Below are positions 21,844 to 32,526 of a stretch of DNA of 64,000 nucleotides, one piece after another. The position numbers and the translations under genes are program-made. The first letter of the stretch is position 1; the number at the start of each line of letters is the position of its first letter. Under the pieces are notes generated by a model, which saw only the letters and a program-made list of their open reading frames with translations, did no database searches and was not told where the DNA came from. Location of the stretch: NCBI GenBank assembly GCA_963813075.1, contig CAWEXU010000030.1, positions 32,001 through 96,000 on the forward strand, in the 5' to 3' direction. The DNA comes from Methanotrichaceae archaeon (GTDB lineage Archaea; Halobacteriota; Methanosarcinia; Methanotrichales; Methanotrichaceae).

Positions 21844-24800
21844 CTAGGACTGCACCCTGTTCAGCAGCCTGACCAGCTCATCCTTGATCACCGGCTTGGC
21901 GATATAGTCATCCATCCCCGACTCAAGACAGATCTCCCGATCGCCCTCCAGAGCATAGGCGGTGATGGCAACGATCTTCGGCCCATTCTCTGGCCAGCGC
22001 CTGCGTATCTCCTTGGTGGCGGTGATTCCATCCATCTCCGGCATCTTCACATCCATGAATATCAGATCGAAATCCCTCTGCTCAAGGGCCTGGAGGACCT
22101 CTTTTCCATTTGCCACCGCATTGGACCGGTAGCCCATCCTCTTGAGCATATCCACCAGAACCCTCTGATTGGAAGGATTATCTTCCGCCACCAGAATGCT
22201 CAGAGCCTCAGGCCTGATCGGTCCCGCGACCAAATCCACCCTTTCCGCCTCAAAAAGATTCAATTGGTCACTGGAGGCCACATCTGCCTGGATGGTGAAA
22301 TGGAAGGCGGAACCCTGGCCCGGACGGCTCTCCAACCAGATCTCTCCACCCATGAGCTCAACCAGCCTCTTGGCTATGGCCAGGCCCAGGCCGACACCGT
22401 CCCGCTTGCGGCTCATGACATGCTCCGCCTGGGTGAAGGGCTCGAAGATGGCATTCATCTTGTCTTCAGCTATGCCAATGCCTGTATCCCTGACACAGAA
22501 ATGGATCTGCCGCTTGTTTCCTTTTCCTTCTATGGAGTGGGAGCGGATGGATACCGAAATATCCCCCCGATCGGTGAACTTAACTGCATTGTCAAGCAAG
22601 TTCACCAGGATCTGCCTGAGACGGCCATGATCCCCGATGACGGTATCGGGCGTGCCGTAGCGGATGGTGTACTCCAGGTTCAGGCCCTTCTGGTCGGCTT
22701 TGACCATCACCATCTCCAAAGCCTCCTCAACGCAATGCCTGAGGCTGATGGGCTGATGCTCCAGCTCCACATTCTCCTTGTTGGCGCGGGAAAAGTCCAG
22801 GATGTCGTTGACCAGTCCTAAGAGAGCCTCTCCTCCATCTCTGATCCCCTCGATGTACTCTCTATGCTCGGATGCCAGTGGCTCATCCAGAAGAAGGCTG
22901 GTAAAACCAATAACCGCATTCAAAGGGGTGCGCAGCTCATGAGACATATTGGCCATGAAGTCCGCCTTGGCCTCAGCTGCCGCTTCCGCGGCCTCCTTCG
23001 CCTCTATCAGCTCCGTTTCAAGCTTTCTGTGTATCTCCAGCTCTTTTTGAAGCACCTCATTGGATAATTCCAGATTTTCCTTGGCCGTCTGAAGCTGGGC
23101 CGTCCTATCTTGCACCTTCTTTTCCAGATCATCGCGTGCCGCTCGCAGCTGTTCTTCCATCTGCTTTCTCTCGGTGATATCCTGACCCTGGGCAATGGTG
23201 GCCACAATCTTCGTCCTCTGCTCGTCGTATATGTTAGCGGAGTTCCAGAGGACTACATGCACTGAGCCATCAGCATTCAGAATCGGTATCTCTATGACCT
23301 CCCAGTACTCGCCGGAAAGAGTTCGGCGGATGTATTCCAGAGAGGCTTCTTTGCTCTCTTCCGGGAAGAGGATTTCCAGGGGCCTGCCCACCACCTCCTT
23401 CGCATCCAGACCGGTTAGCTTCTCAAAGGCGTGATTGAACCTGGTGACGAGAAATGAAGTATCCCAGACTATGATAGGAGCATTGGCATAATCGATAAGG
23501 CTCTCAAGATAATCCCTGGCCTCACGCAGAGCATCCTCGGCCTGTTTTCGCTCCGTTATGTCCTGGCCCTGGGCGATGGTGGCGATGATAGTAGACCGAT
23601 CCCGGTCATAGACATTTGCTGAGTTCCACAGGACTGTGCGCACTGAGCCATCCGCTCTTTGAATGGGGATCTCCACCACCTCCCAGCGCTCGCCGGATAG
23701 TGTTCTGCGGATATATTCCAGTGAGGCCTCTTTGCTCATTTCCGGGAAGAGGATTTCCAGGGGCCTGCCCACGACCTCCTCCGCAGCCAGGCCGGTCAGG
23801 GTCTCAAAGGCATGGTTGAACCTGGTGACAAGGAATGAGGTGTCCCAGACGATGATGGGAGCATTGGCATAGTCGATGAGGTTCTCCAGGTAGTTTTGCG
23901 CTTCTCGCAAAGCTGCCTCCACCTCTTTACGCCAGGTGATATCTCTGCTGCTTGTTCTGCGCCCCAGCCACCTTCCGTCCTGGGCAAACACGGGCTGACA
24001 TAAGTGACTGATCCACATAACCACGCCATTTGCCTTAACGATGCGATAGTCCAGCCTCGCTGGATCCGCGTCCTTATCGTAGTGGATCTTCAGGTGCTCT
24101 TCAAAGGCACTCCTGTCATCTGGATGGGCAATGTCTAAGGCAAGGCCGGGGTTTTCTATGAAATCTCTGGCCGCAAAACCGGTTATCTTTTCGCACGATG
24201 GTGAAACGTATAGATAGTCACCATCTGGATCCATCCAGGTCTCCCAGTCCGAGGTGAACTCTGCAATCAACCGGAACTTCTCCTCGCTTTTCCTCAAGGC
24301 CTCCTCGGCCCTTTTACGCATGATGCATTCGAGGATGGTGGGAGCCAACGCCTCCATCACCTTTTGATCTTCCCAGCGATATCCGCCTTCACGATTGCCA
24401 AGGCATATTATGCCCACGGTCCTGCCATTGTGGACCAGGGGCACACCGAGAAATTCTCTCAAGCATTGATTGGCACTGGGCCTTCCAGTTCCTTCAGGGT
24501 GAGAGGAATTGTTGGCTGTGAGGATGATCCTGCCTTCCTGAACAACCCTGCCGCACTTATCCAGTATCTCGCAGGCACTCTTTTGCCCGGACCCTTCTCT
24601 CAGTTCAGCCGTCTCGCACCTATCCCTTCCAGGGTGAATGAATGCGATCTCATGAAAGAGGCCATCCTTATCTACCTCACCAATAAAGCCGCAATTGCTA
24701 TCAGTTATTGCGGCGGCGATATCCAGGCAGGCTCGCACCAGATCTCCCAATGTCTCGCAGCGCATGGCATCTTCATAGACCTGATTTATTGCACATAAAA

Positions 24801-25446
24801 TAATATTTTGATAATTAATCTTATCCTTAATTTGTCTGCTCTCAGTAATATCATGTACCACAGATACAGATCCGATAATTTTGCCATCAGCATCCCTAAC
24901 CGGGGCGGCATTGACCTGACGATAGCGCAGCTCTCCTGTGGCAGGAGTTCTTATTATCTCCTCCAGGTCTTTCACCGTCTCTCCCTGCAGGGCTCGCAAT
25001 GGAGGGGCCTCATCGATAGGGCGGGGGCTACCATCTATGCGATAGACCTCCAGAATCGAGGCGAAATCTTCGATATCTACCTCTTCTTTCGAGGTAATTT
25101 TGAACTCACTGGCAGCAGAGGGATTTGCCAGAGTGAACTTTTTATTTATATCCGCAAACCAGATCTCATCACCGATGCTGTTTAAGAGTGCATATAGCTT
25201 ATCTCTCTCCTCCTGGACAATGGATAGCATTCTCTCTCTTTCTTTTGCTGCCGAAAGCATCCGGTCATTCTGCAGGCGGATATTCTCTAGATCTGCAAAC
25301 AGATCGTCCAGGCTGGCCTGGAGCCCGGCCAGGCCGTCGGATAGGATTTCAGCCGCATTTGCTGAGCGATCCATGCTCTTTGCCCTGAAGTCATCCAACT
25401 GCGTCCGAATATCGGATACTCTTTGGGAGAGTTTATCGTCCGCCAT
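21844..25446 (-). CDS. Hybrid sensor histidine kinase/response regulator (PAS, GAF, PAS x3, HisKA, HATPase, REC)
   Basis: FMANMSHELRTPLN, NLLDNAVKFT, DTGIGI, GVGLGLAI; receiver VAEDN...MDVKMPEMDG...KP. Confidence 0.95.
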   Translation of the reverse strand: MADDKLSQRVSDIRTQLDDFRAKSMDRSANAAEILSDGLAGLQASLDDLFADLENIRLQNDRMLSAAKERERMLSIVQEERDKLYALLNSIGDEIWFADINKKFTLANPSAASEFKITSKEEVDIEDFASILEVYRIDGSPRPIDEAPPLRALQGETVKDLEEIIRTPATGELRYRQVNAAPVRDADGKIIGSVSVVHDITESRQIKDKINYQNIILCAINQVYEDAMRCETLGDLVRACLDIAAAITDSNCGFIGEVDKDGLFHEIAFIHPGRDRCETAELREGSGQKSACEILDKCGRVVQEGRIILTANNSSHPEGTGRPSANQCLREFLGVPLVHNGRTVGIICLGNREGGYRWEDQKVMEALAPTILECIMRKRAEEALRKSEEKFRLIAEFTSDWETWMDPDGDYLYVSPSCEKITGFAARDFIENPGLALDIAHPDDRSAFEEHLKIHYDKDADPARLDYRIVKANGVVMWISHLCQPVFAQDGRWLGRRTSSRDITWRKEVEAALREAQNYLENLIDYANAPIIVWDTSFLVTRFNHAFETLTGLAAEEVVGRPLEILFPEMSKEASLEYIRRTLSGERWEVVEIPIQRADGSVRTVLWNSANVYDRDRSTIIATIAQGQDITERKQAEDALREARDYLESLIDYANAPIIVWDTSFLVTRFNHAFEKLTGLDAKEVVGRPLEILFPEESKEASLEYIRRTLSGEYWEVIEIPILNADGSVHVVLWNSANIYDEQRTKIVATIAQGQDITERKQMEEQLRAARDDLEKKVQDRTAQLQTAKENLELSNEVLQKELEIHRKLETELIEAKEAAEAAAEAKADFMANMSHELRTPLNAVIGFTSLLLDEPLASEHREYIEGIRDGGEALLGLVNDILDFSRANKENVELEHQPISLRHCVEEALEMVMVKADQKGLNLEYTIRYGTPDTVIGDHGRLRQILVNLLDNAVKFTDRGDISVSIRSHSIEGKGNKRQIHFCVRDTGIGIAEDKMNAIFEPFTQAEHVMSRKRDGVGLGLAIAKRLVELMGGEIWLESRPGQGSAFHFTIQADVASSDQLNLFEAERVDLVAGPIRPEALSILVAEDNPSNQRVLVDMLKRMGYRSNAVANGKEVLQALEQRDFDLIFMDVKMPEMDGITATKEIRRRWPENGPKIVAITAYALEGDREICLESGMDDYIAKPVIKDELVRLLNRVQS

Positions 25447-25549
25447 ATCTTTGCCCTCTGGCCGATCTTGCCCAGTCGAGCACTTATCAATGATAATATA
25501 AGTCGCTGCCGATGAGATTGCTCCCGGGGCGAGCGGGTCAGCCCTGGCA

Positions 25550-26641
25550 TCACCGGCTCGATCCTTTCCCCCTTATTCTTTTAAACTCCTCTAAGAAACG
25601 ATCATTCTCCTCCGGTCGGCCTACAGTGACCCGCAGGCAATTGTTGCCGCAGCCCGGAAATGAGCTGCAGTCTCGCACAATGATTCCTTTGCGGAGCAGA
25701 CGGTCTACAACCGTTCGAGCCTTTTCCTCGGTCTGAATATAGAGGAAGTTGCCCTGAGAAGAACGGTCCAGATGCAGAGATTCAGCCATCCTCTCCCTCT
25801 CTAAAACTATATTTCTCACTCTCTCCTTCATCCAGTCCAGATCCTGAAGAGCGGCCACGCCGGCGGCGAGAGATGGGCTGCTTATGCTGAACAGAGGGGC
25901 AACCCTCCGGTACTCCCTGGCGATCCATTCCGGTGCCACCGCATATCCCAGCCTCAGCCCGGCCAGGCCGAAGGCTTTGGAGAGAGTCCGGCCCACCACC
26001 AGGTTCTCGTGCTCCCGGACGAGGTCGATCAGGCTCTTTTCGGCGAACTCCACATAGGCCTCGTCCAGGAAGACGATGGCACGGGTTTCTTCCAGAATCT
26101 CCCTCACCCTCGACTCCGTCAGGGCATTTCCCGTGGGATTGTTCGGGGAGCAGAGAAATACCATCTTAACGCCCTCAGGGATTCTGGGATCAACATCCCA
26201 GCCCATGAGCCTCTCCTGATAGATCGGCCGGGCAGCGCAAAGCTCTGTTGCCAGGCCATACAGGTTGTAGGTCGGCACAGGAACCAAAACCCGGTCACCA
26301 GGCCCAAGGAAGATCCGACAGATGGTGGTTATGATCTCATCCATTCCCGCACCGGCAACCAGGCTCTGATCCGGGTAGCCGGTATATCTTGAGAGGGCTG
26401 AAATAAAAGGCCTCAAGTCCGGATATCTGTTGAGTCTGGCCTGGCTCAGGGCGGCTGTGGCATGAGGACTGGGGCCATAAGGGTTCTCGTTCCGGCTGAG
26501 GATGGCAAGGCTGGCTACGGGAATGCCAAATCTCAGCGCGATCTGTTCAGGATCCGGTCCCGCCTCATCCTCCACCAATCGATGGATATGATCCAGGACG
26601 TTTTTCTTATAATCATTTTTCGTATAATCATCTGGATGCAT
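25550..26641 (-). CDS. hisC: Histidinol-phosphate aminotransferase (PLP class I/II)
   Basis: LSRNENPYGPSP, SPNNPTGN, DEAYVEF and RTLSKAFGLAGLRLGY motifs. Confidence 0.8.
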   Translation of the reverse strand: MHPDDYTKNDYKKNVLDHIHRLVEDEAGPDPEQIALRFGIPVASLAILSRNENPYGPSPHATAALSQARLNRYPDLRPFISALSRYTGYPDQSLVAGAGMDEIITTICRIFLGPGDRVLVPVPTYNLYGLATELCAARPIYQERLMGWDVDPRIPEGVKMVFLCSPNNPTGNALTESRVREILEETRAIVFLDEAYVEFAEKSLIDLVREHENLVVGRTLSKAFGLAGLRLGYAVAPEWIAREYRRVAPLFSISSPSLAAGVAALQDLDWMKERVRNIVLERERMAESLHLDRSSQGNFLYIQTEEKARTVVDRLLRKGIIVRDCSSFPGCGNNCLRVTVGRPEENDRFLEEFKRIRGKGSSR

Positions 26642-26740
26642 CGCATCCTTTCATCAGAGGAGAGGAGTATTTAGCTCTTGGCAGAATATCCGCATCGGAC
26701 AACAAAATCCTTTTATCTTCCCCCTGCCTTCCGTACCGGC

Positions 26741-27565
26741 ATGTTCAAGATCGGCTTTGTGAAGCTCGGAAACATAGCCACCTCGACGGCTATTGATCTA
26801 TCCCTGGATGAGATAGCAGAGAGAACGGATATAGAGTTCAAGATCGTCAGCTTCGGCCCCAAGATGACAGAGAAGGAGGGAAAGGCGGCAGAAGAGCTAA
26901 AAGACTGGCAGCCTCAACTGGTGGTCATCAGCAGCCCCAATGCCGCTACCGCAGGTCCCACCGCCGCCCGGGGGATGTTCAAGGGGACGCCCACCATCAT
27001 CATCTCCGACGGCCCGAGCAAAAAAGAGGCTCGCGAGGCTCTTTCTGCCGAAGGCTTCGGCTACATCATCCTTCCCATGGACCCCCTCATCGGAGCGAAA
27101 AGGGAGTTCCTGGACCCGGCGGAGATGGCTCTCTTCAACTCCGATGCCCTGCGGGTCCTGGCGGCCTGCGGAGCCATCCGCCTGGTGCAGGAGGAGCTGG
27201 ACAGGACCATGTCCAGCATCATCGCCGGCCAGGCCATGTTGCCGGCAATTCTGGCCACTCCGGAGAAATGCGCCGAAAGGATGCACTTTTCCAACCCCTA
27301 TGCCCGAGCGAAAGCGATGGGTGCCCTCTATATGGCTCAGACGGTGGCCAGCATAGATGCTGCTGCCTGCTTCCGCTTAAAGGAGCTGGAGCCGATCGCC
27401 CTCACTGCTGCCGCAGGGCACGAAGTCATGCGGGCAGCTGCCCGTCTGGCCGATGAGTCCAGGGAGCTGGAGAAGGCGAATGATACCGTATCCCGCCACC
27501 CCCACGCCCGCACGGGAGAGCTGATGCAAAAGGTGGGCCTCCTGGATAAGCCGGAGAGGATCTAG
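26741..27565 (+). CDS. mtd: F420-dependent methylene-H4MPT dehydrogenase
   Basis: KIGFVKLGNIATS, DEIAERTDI, SPNAATAGP, DPLIGAKREFLDPAEMALFN and AAAGHE motifs. Confidence 0.93.
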   Translation: MFKIGFVKLGNIATSTAIDLSLDEIAERTDIEFKIVSFGPKMTEKEGKAAEELKDWQPQLVVISSPNAATAGPTAARGMFKGTPTIIISDGPSKKEAREALSAEGFGYIILPMDPLIGAKREFLDPAEMALFNSDALRVLAACGAIRLVQEELDRTMSSIIAGQAMLPAILATPEKCAERMHFSNPYARAKAMGALYMAQTVASIDAAACFRLKELEPIALTAAAGHEVMRAAARLADESRELEKANDTVSRHPHARTGELMQKVGLLDKPERI

Positions 27566-27810
27566 AACACTTTCGTCCCGCGCGGATTGGGGCTAAATAG
27601 CAGCCCAGAATATCTCAATCTCAATAAAGGAAGAACTGCAGCCCGCCCCCTACATGCTTCTGGGTGATGAAGGGCTGCCTTCCCCTGAATTTCTTCTCAA
27701 GACAAGTGAGCATAGTTCATGAAAAAAGATAAAGCGTCCTACTGCCAGATCAGGGATTACATCCTCTCTGATAGAAAGAAATAAAGCACCCTATCGCCTG
27801 TCCTTAGACA

Positions 27811-28569
27811 ATGGCTCTGCTGGAGATAAAAGGAGTATACAAGCACTTTTTTGCCGATGGCAAGCAGATGGAGGCCTTGCGTGACATCAATCTGACCATC
27901 GGGGAGAATCAGTTCGTCTGCTTCATAGGGCCCTCGGGGTGCGGAAAGACCACGCTGCTGCGCATAGTTGCCGGGCTGGAGGCACCAACCCAGGGCACAG
28001 TCACAATTGATGGCCAGCCCATAAAGGGCCCCTCCCCGGAGAGGGGGATGGTCTTTCAGGAGTACTCCCTCTTCCCCTGGCAAACCATCCTGGACAATAC
28101 GGTATTCGGCCTGGAATTGAAGGGCATAGATAAAGCCAAAAGAGAGGAGATGGGAAGACAGTATCTGAAAATGGTGGGCCTGGAGGGCTTTGAGAAGCGC
28201 TATCCTCATGAGCTCTCCGGGGGAATGAAGCAGAGGGTGGCCATTGCCAGGGCGCTGGTCAACGACCCCAAGGCCATTCTCATGGACGAGCCCTTTGGAG
28301 CCCTGGACGCCCAGACCCGCAACACCATGCAGTCCGAGCTGCTCAGAATCTGGGAGGAGGAGAAGAAGACGGTGATCTTCGTCACCCACAGCGTTGACGA
28401 GGCCATCTACCTGGCCGATACCATAGTGATCATGTCCGCTCGACCGGGGAGGATAAAGGATATAATTGATATTCCCCTGCCCCGACCCAGGAACAGGACC
28501 AGCACTGAGGTCAACCAGATAAGGGATCGCATCCTCTGCGACCTGCGCTCGGAGATTGCCAGCTGCTGA
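27811..28569 (+). CDS. ABC transporter ATP-binding protein, nitrate/sulfonate/taurine type
   Basis: [36 protein letters not shown] and VTHSVDEA motifs. Confidence 0.9.
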   Translation: MALLEIKGVYKHFFADGKQMEALRDINLTIGENQFVCFIGPSGCGKTTLLRIVAGLEAPTQGTVTIDGQPIKGPSPERGMVFQEYSLFPWQTILDNTVFGLELKGIDKAKREEMGRQYLKMVGLEGFEKRYPHELSGGMKQRVAIARALVNDPKAILMDEPFGALDAQTRNTMQSELLRIWEEEKKTVIFVTHSVDEAIYLADTIVIMSARPGRIKDIIDIPLPRPRNRTSTEVNQIRDRILCDLRSEIASC

Positions 28570-28624
28570 GGATATGGTTTTATATCGCCGAAGAGCATTA
28601 CTATCTCACTTCATTTTTTAGCAG

Positions 28625-29683
28625 GTGAGGCATTTGACGGGATCGAGATGGATGGAGCTTCCGCGCATAGTGGCCGTGGGAAGCGGGGCGATATTGGAGC
28701 TACCCCAGATCTGCTCTTATCTGCATCTTGTGGGGCCAGGCCTCATTGTCACCGGACCACATACCGATGATGTTGTGGGCAAAGCAATATTCCAGCTGCT
28801 GGATAAGGGTGGCCACCAGCCCCAGACGCTCGTCTGCACCGCTTCAAAGCTCGATGAAGTGGATCGCGCAGAGGCGATGGCCAGAGAGATAAAGGCCGGA
28901 TTTCTGGTCGGCGCCGGTGGAGGCAGATCGATCGATATCGCCAAGATCGCCTCCATGAGGACGGATATTCCCTTCCTCTCCCTGCCCACTGCCGCTTCGC
29001 ACGATGGCATCTGCTCGTCTTTGGCCTCTCTGACCGTCAATGGGGAAACGGTATCCCTTCCTGCCCAGTCCCCCCTGGCCATAGTCGCCGATACCAGGAT
29101 AATAGCCCAGGCACCGGCCAGGCTCCTCGCCGCCGGCTGCGGGGATATCATCTCCAACTACACCGCTATTTTGGACTGGCAGCTAGCCCACCGGATGAGA
29201 GGTGAGGAGCTGAGCGAGTATGCCTCCGCCCTCTCCGATATGACCGCCAGAATGATCGTCGAGCGTGCTTCAGATATCCGGCCGGGGCTGGAGGAATCGG
29301 CAAAGATCGTGGTCAAGGCCCTGATATCCAGCGGAGTGGCGATGAGCATTGCCGGCTCATCCCGTCCGGCGAGCGGCTCAGAGCATAAGTTCGCCCATTC
29401 GGTCAACCGCATAGCTCCGGGAAGAGCCCTGCACGGGGAACTCTGCGGCCTGGGTACCATAATGATGATGTATTTGCATGGCAAAGACTGGAAGATGATA
29501 AAGGAGGCTCTGGCCAAAGTGGGAGCGCCCACCTCAGCCGACCAGATTGGACTGGATGCGGAGACGGTAGTGGAGGCCCTGGTGAACGCCCATAAGGTTC
29601 GACCGGAACGCTATACCATCCTGGATAATGGCCTGAACCGGATGGCTGCTGCCAGGGCCGCTGAAGCTACAGGAGTGATTTAG
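28625..29683 (+). CDS. egsA: sn-Glycerol-1-phosphate dehydrogenase
   Basis: GGGRSIDIAK, PTAASHDG, SSRPASGSEH, HGE and RPERYTIL motifs. Confidence 0.93.
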   Translation: MRHLTGSRWMELPRIVAVGSGAILELPQICSYLHLVGPGLIVTGPHTDDVVGKAIFQLLDKGGHQPQTLVCTASKLDEVDRAEAMAREIKAGFLVGAGGGRSIDIAKIASMRTDIPFLSLPTAASHDGICSSLASLTVNGETVSLPAQSPLAIVADTRIIAQAPARLLAAGCGDIISNYTAILDWQLAHRMRGEELSEYASALSDMTARMIVERASDIRPGLEESAKIVVKALISSGVAMSIAGSSRPASGSEHKFAHSVNRIAPGRALHGELCGLGTIMMMYLHGKDWKMIKEALAKVGAPTSADQIGLDAETVVEALVNAHKVRPERYTILDNGLNRMAAARAAEATGVI

Positions 29684-29895
29684 CAGAGATAAATACGAAA
29701 GAATGTAATGAGAGACAATAAGGATAGATAATATGAAGTTATGAAGTGATGGATAATAGAGAGATCAATAGTAAAAAAACAATAATAATATTAGTATATA
29801 ATAATGTATAATAATGTATGGCAATGTATAAAATAAAGCGTAAAAACCGTATAATAATTTGTGAATAACAATTAGCGAATAATGATTAATAAAGG

Positions 29896-30354
29896 GTGAG
29901 AAAAATGTCAGAGGCATCTACACAAATCACATTGATTGGAACGAAGCTTGCCAGCATTGGCATGGAGTTCACCTTCATGGGCCCCACTCCGGAATGCGAA
30001 TCCTGCAAGCTGAGGAATACCTGCATCAATCTGGAGCCAAAGAGGCGCTACAGGGTGCTGGGAACGCGCGGAGAGCTGGTGCATGAGTGCCCCATTCATG
30101 AGTCAGGGGTCAGGGCGGTGGAGGTGGCGGAAAGCCCCATAATCGCGGCCTTCGATGCCAGAAAAGCATTTCCCGGCTCAAAAATAGTCTTTGAGGCCAT
30201 GAAATGCGACGACCCGGAATGCAGCATGTACGACATATGCCATCCCACCGGGCTGAAGGATGGTGAGAGGTGCACCATTGTCGAGGTGGTGGGGGAGGCG
30301 CCTGAGGACTGTCCCCGGGGGAATATCCTGAAGCTGGTGGAGTTTCGCCGCTAG
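29896..30354 (+). CDS. UPF0179-family protein
   Basis: [30 protein letters not shown]. Confidence 0.8.
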   Translation: MRKMSEASTQITLIGTKLASIGMEFTFMGPTPECESCKLRNTCINLEPKRRYRVLGTRGELVHECPIHESGVRAVEVAESPIIAAFDARKAFPGSKIVFEAMKCDDPECSMYDICHPTGLKDGERCTIVEVVGEAPEDCPRGNILKLVEFRR

Positions 30355-31350
30355 ATGAAGACCATAACCTATAGCAAAAATATTTTTCTTTCTGTAACTA
30401 ACCTCTGCCGCAACCGCTGCCAATACTGCTCTTTTCGAAGGGACCGGGACCAGGCCCAGCTGATCAGCCGGTCAGGAGCCATTCGTCTCCTGGAGGAGGG
30501 CCGGGATATTGGATGCTCCGAAGCCCTCTTCACTATGGGAGAGAGGCCAGGAGAGGTGGCGGGCTTCCAGAGAATGCTCGCCGATGCGGGCAGGGAGGAC
30601 CTATTAGATTATCTGATAGAGCTGTGCGAGCTGGCCATCGAGCATGACCTTCTGCCTCATACCAATGCCGGCCTCCTCACCGAAGAGGAATTGTCTCGCC
30701 TGCAGCCTTACAATGCCTCCATGGGACTGATGCTGGAAAGCAGCGCTTCTCTGGACGCCCATTTGGATTCTCCCGGAAAGAGCCCGCAGCTGCGGCGGGA
30801 GCATATCGCAAGGGCGGGCAGGCTGCGTATACCATTTACCACCGGCATTCTGGTGGGCATAGGGGAGAGCTGGCAGGACAGGATCCAATCCATTCAGGCC
30901 ATAGCCCGCCTGCACGATGAGTTTGGCCATATCCAGGAGGTCATAGTGCAGCCCTTTGACCCCAAACCGGGAACAGCCATGGCATCCGTCCCCCGCCCGG
31001 AAGAGGAGGACCTGGTCCGGACGGTAGGACTTGCCCGCGAACTCCTTCCCATAGAGGTGGCGGTCCAGGTCCCACCCAACCTGGCTGACCCTCTGCCCCT
31101 GGTAGAGGCAGGAGCAGACGACCTGGGAGGGATCAGCCCCATAACCCGGGATGGGATAAATCCTGATAGCTGCTGGCCGGGAGAGGAGGAGCTGAAAGAT
31201 CGCCTTTTCGCTTATGATCTGAAAGAGAGGCTGCCTGTCTATCCCCGGTTTATAAAGAAGGGATGGCACGGCCACAAGACCCACAGGCTGACTGCTGAAC
31301 TGGCAGGCGAAGACGGCCTGCGGCGAAAAAGTATATCTTCCTGGGGATGA
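30355..31350 (+). CDS. cofG: FO synthase subunit CofG (radical SAM)
   Basis: [47 protein letters not shown] and DLGGISP motifs. Confidence 0.93.
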   Translation: MKTITYSKNIFLSVTNLCRNRCQYCSFRRDRDQAQLISRSGAIRLLEEGRDIGCSEALFTMGERPGEVAGFQRMLADAGREDLLDYLIELCELAIEHDLLPHTNAGLLTEEELSRLQPYNASMGLMLESSASLDAHLDSPGKSPQLRREHIARAGRLRIPFTTGILVGIGESWQDRIQSIQAIARLHDEFGHIQEVIVQPFDPKPGTAMASVPRPEEEDLVRTVGLARELLPIEVAVQVPPNLADPLPLVEAGADDLGGISPITRDGINPDSCWPGEEELKDRLFAYDLKERLPVYPRFIKKGWHGHKTHRLTAELAGEDGLRRKSISSWG

Positions 31351-31541
31351 AGGTGAGTTTCGTGAAGAAGAAATATATTGAGATAGGGCTGAGCACCGGC
31401 CTGGTGCTTTTCATGATCATCCTCATTTTGGGGGCACAGATGACCCTCCCCGCAGGAGAGAGAGGATCAAGCATAGCCATTATAATCCTGCTTTTCATTG
31501 TGGCCATGGGCATTGTGGGATTGAAGCTGGATGATATGTAG
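31347..31541 (+). CDS. Small two-TM membrane protein
   Basis: 64 aa, two hydrophobic helices, ATGA overlap with cofG. Confidence 0.7.
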   Translation: MKVSFVKKKYIEIGLSTGLVLFMIILILGAQMTLPAGERGSSIAIIILLFIVAMGIVGLKLDDM

Positions 31542-31593
31542 CTGCGTTAAATATAAATATAATAATACACATTTCCCATTGAGGGATTCTTAG

Positions 31594-31959
31594 ATGGCAG
31601 GATTTCTGGAGAAGCTCAAGCTCATTGGTAAGTCCAGCGAGCAGGATTACACTGAGGTGGATCTAAGCCAGTTCGAAGAGCCCAGGGGCTCGAATGAGAT
31701 CGTCCTGCGGGTGGCGGAGATGGGACGGATTGAGGTTCTGCCTGAGGTCAAACAGGAGATCTACAATGGCAATATCGTCCTGGTGGATATTGCCGGCCTG
31801 AAAAGGGATAAAGCCGCCCTGGATAGAGCGATCGGCGAATTGAAAAAGGCGGTCGAGGATGTATCAGGAGACATTGCCGGCATCGGAGACGACCTGATAG
31901 TCCTGGTTCCAAACGGCATAAAGATAGACCGCGAAAAAGTAGTCGGAGGAAAAGATTGA
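31594..31959 (+). CDS. sepF: Cell division protein SepF (archaeal)
   Basis: IYNGNIVLVDI, GDIAGIGDDLIVLVPNGIKIDR. Confidence 0.85.
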   Translation: MAGFLEKLKLIGKSSEQDYTEVDLSQFEEPRGSNEIVLRVAEMGRIEVLPEVKQEIYNGNIVLVDIAGLKRDKAALDRAIGELKKAVEDVSGDIAGIGDDLIVLVPNGIKIDREKVVGGKD

Positions 31960-32525
31960 ATCTTACAACCAATGCTAACTGCCCTGTATGCTCTGCCCAG
32001 ATTCAGTTTTGCTGGGAGACGCAGGATATACCATATTTCGGCGAGGCCATGTTGATCTCCGGGGTCTGCGAGTGCGGATTCCGCCATAGCGATACCATTC
32101 TCTTGACCCAGAAGGAGCCGGTGAGAAATACCCTGACGGTGGAAACCCTGGAGGATCTGAACGCCAGGGTGATCCGCTCTTCCAGCGGGACGATTCGAGT
32201 GCCTGAGCTGGGAGTGGACATAGAGCCGGGATATGCCTCAGACTCATATGTCTCCAATGTGGAAGGAGTGCTGAACCGGATAGAAGAGATTGTCTGCTTT
32301 GCCACCTCCCAGGCCCGGGCGGCAGAGAATCAGGATGCCATCCGGAGAGGGGAGGAGATCCTGGAGAACATCGCCCTCGCCTGCAAAGGAGAGTTCCCTT
32401 TAACCATCATCCTCGAGGATCCTTTAGGAAACAGCGCCATAGCCTCAGAAAAGACGATAGTTTCGCCCCTGACGGATGAGGACATAGCCCGCCTCCAGAC
32501 AGGCATCATGCTTTTGGACATCTGA
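31956..32525 (+). CDS. ZPR1 zinc-finger domain protein
   Basis: CPVC, IPYFGE, CECGFRHSD, DLNARVIRS, SNVEGVL and EDPLGNS motifs. Confidence 0.9.
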   Translation: MNLTTNANCPVCSAQIQFCWETQDIPYFGEAMLISGVCECGFRHSDTILLTQKEPVRNTLTVETLEDLNARVIRSSSGTIRVPELGVDIEPGYASDSYVSNVEGVLNRIEEIVCFATSQARAAENQDAIRRGEEILENIALACKGEFPLTIILEDPLGNSAIASEKTIVSPLTDEDIARLQTGIMLLDI

Positions 32526-32526
32526 G

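Noticed and set aside
29684..29895. Replication origin
   Set aside because: No cdc6/orc1 nearby and no ORB-like repeats recognised
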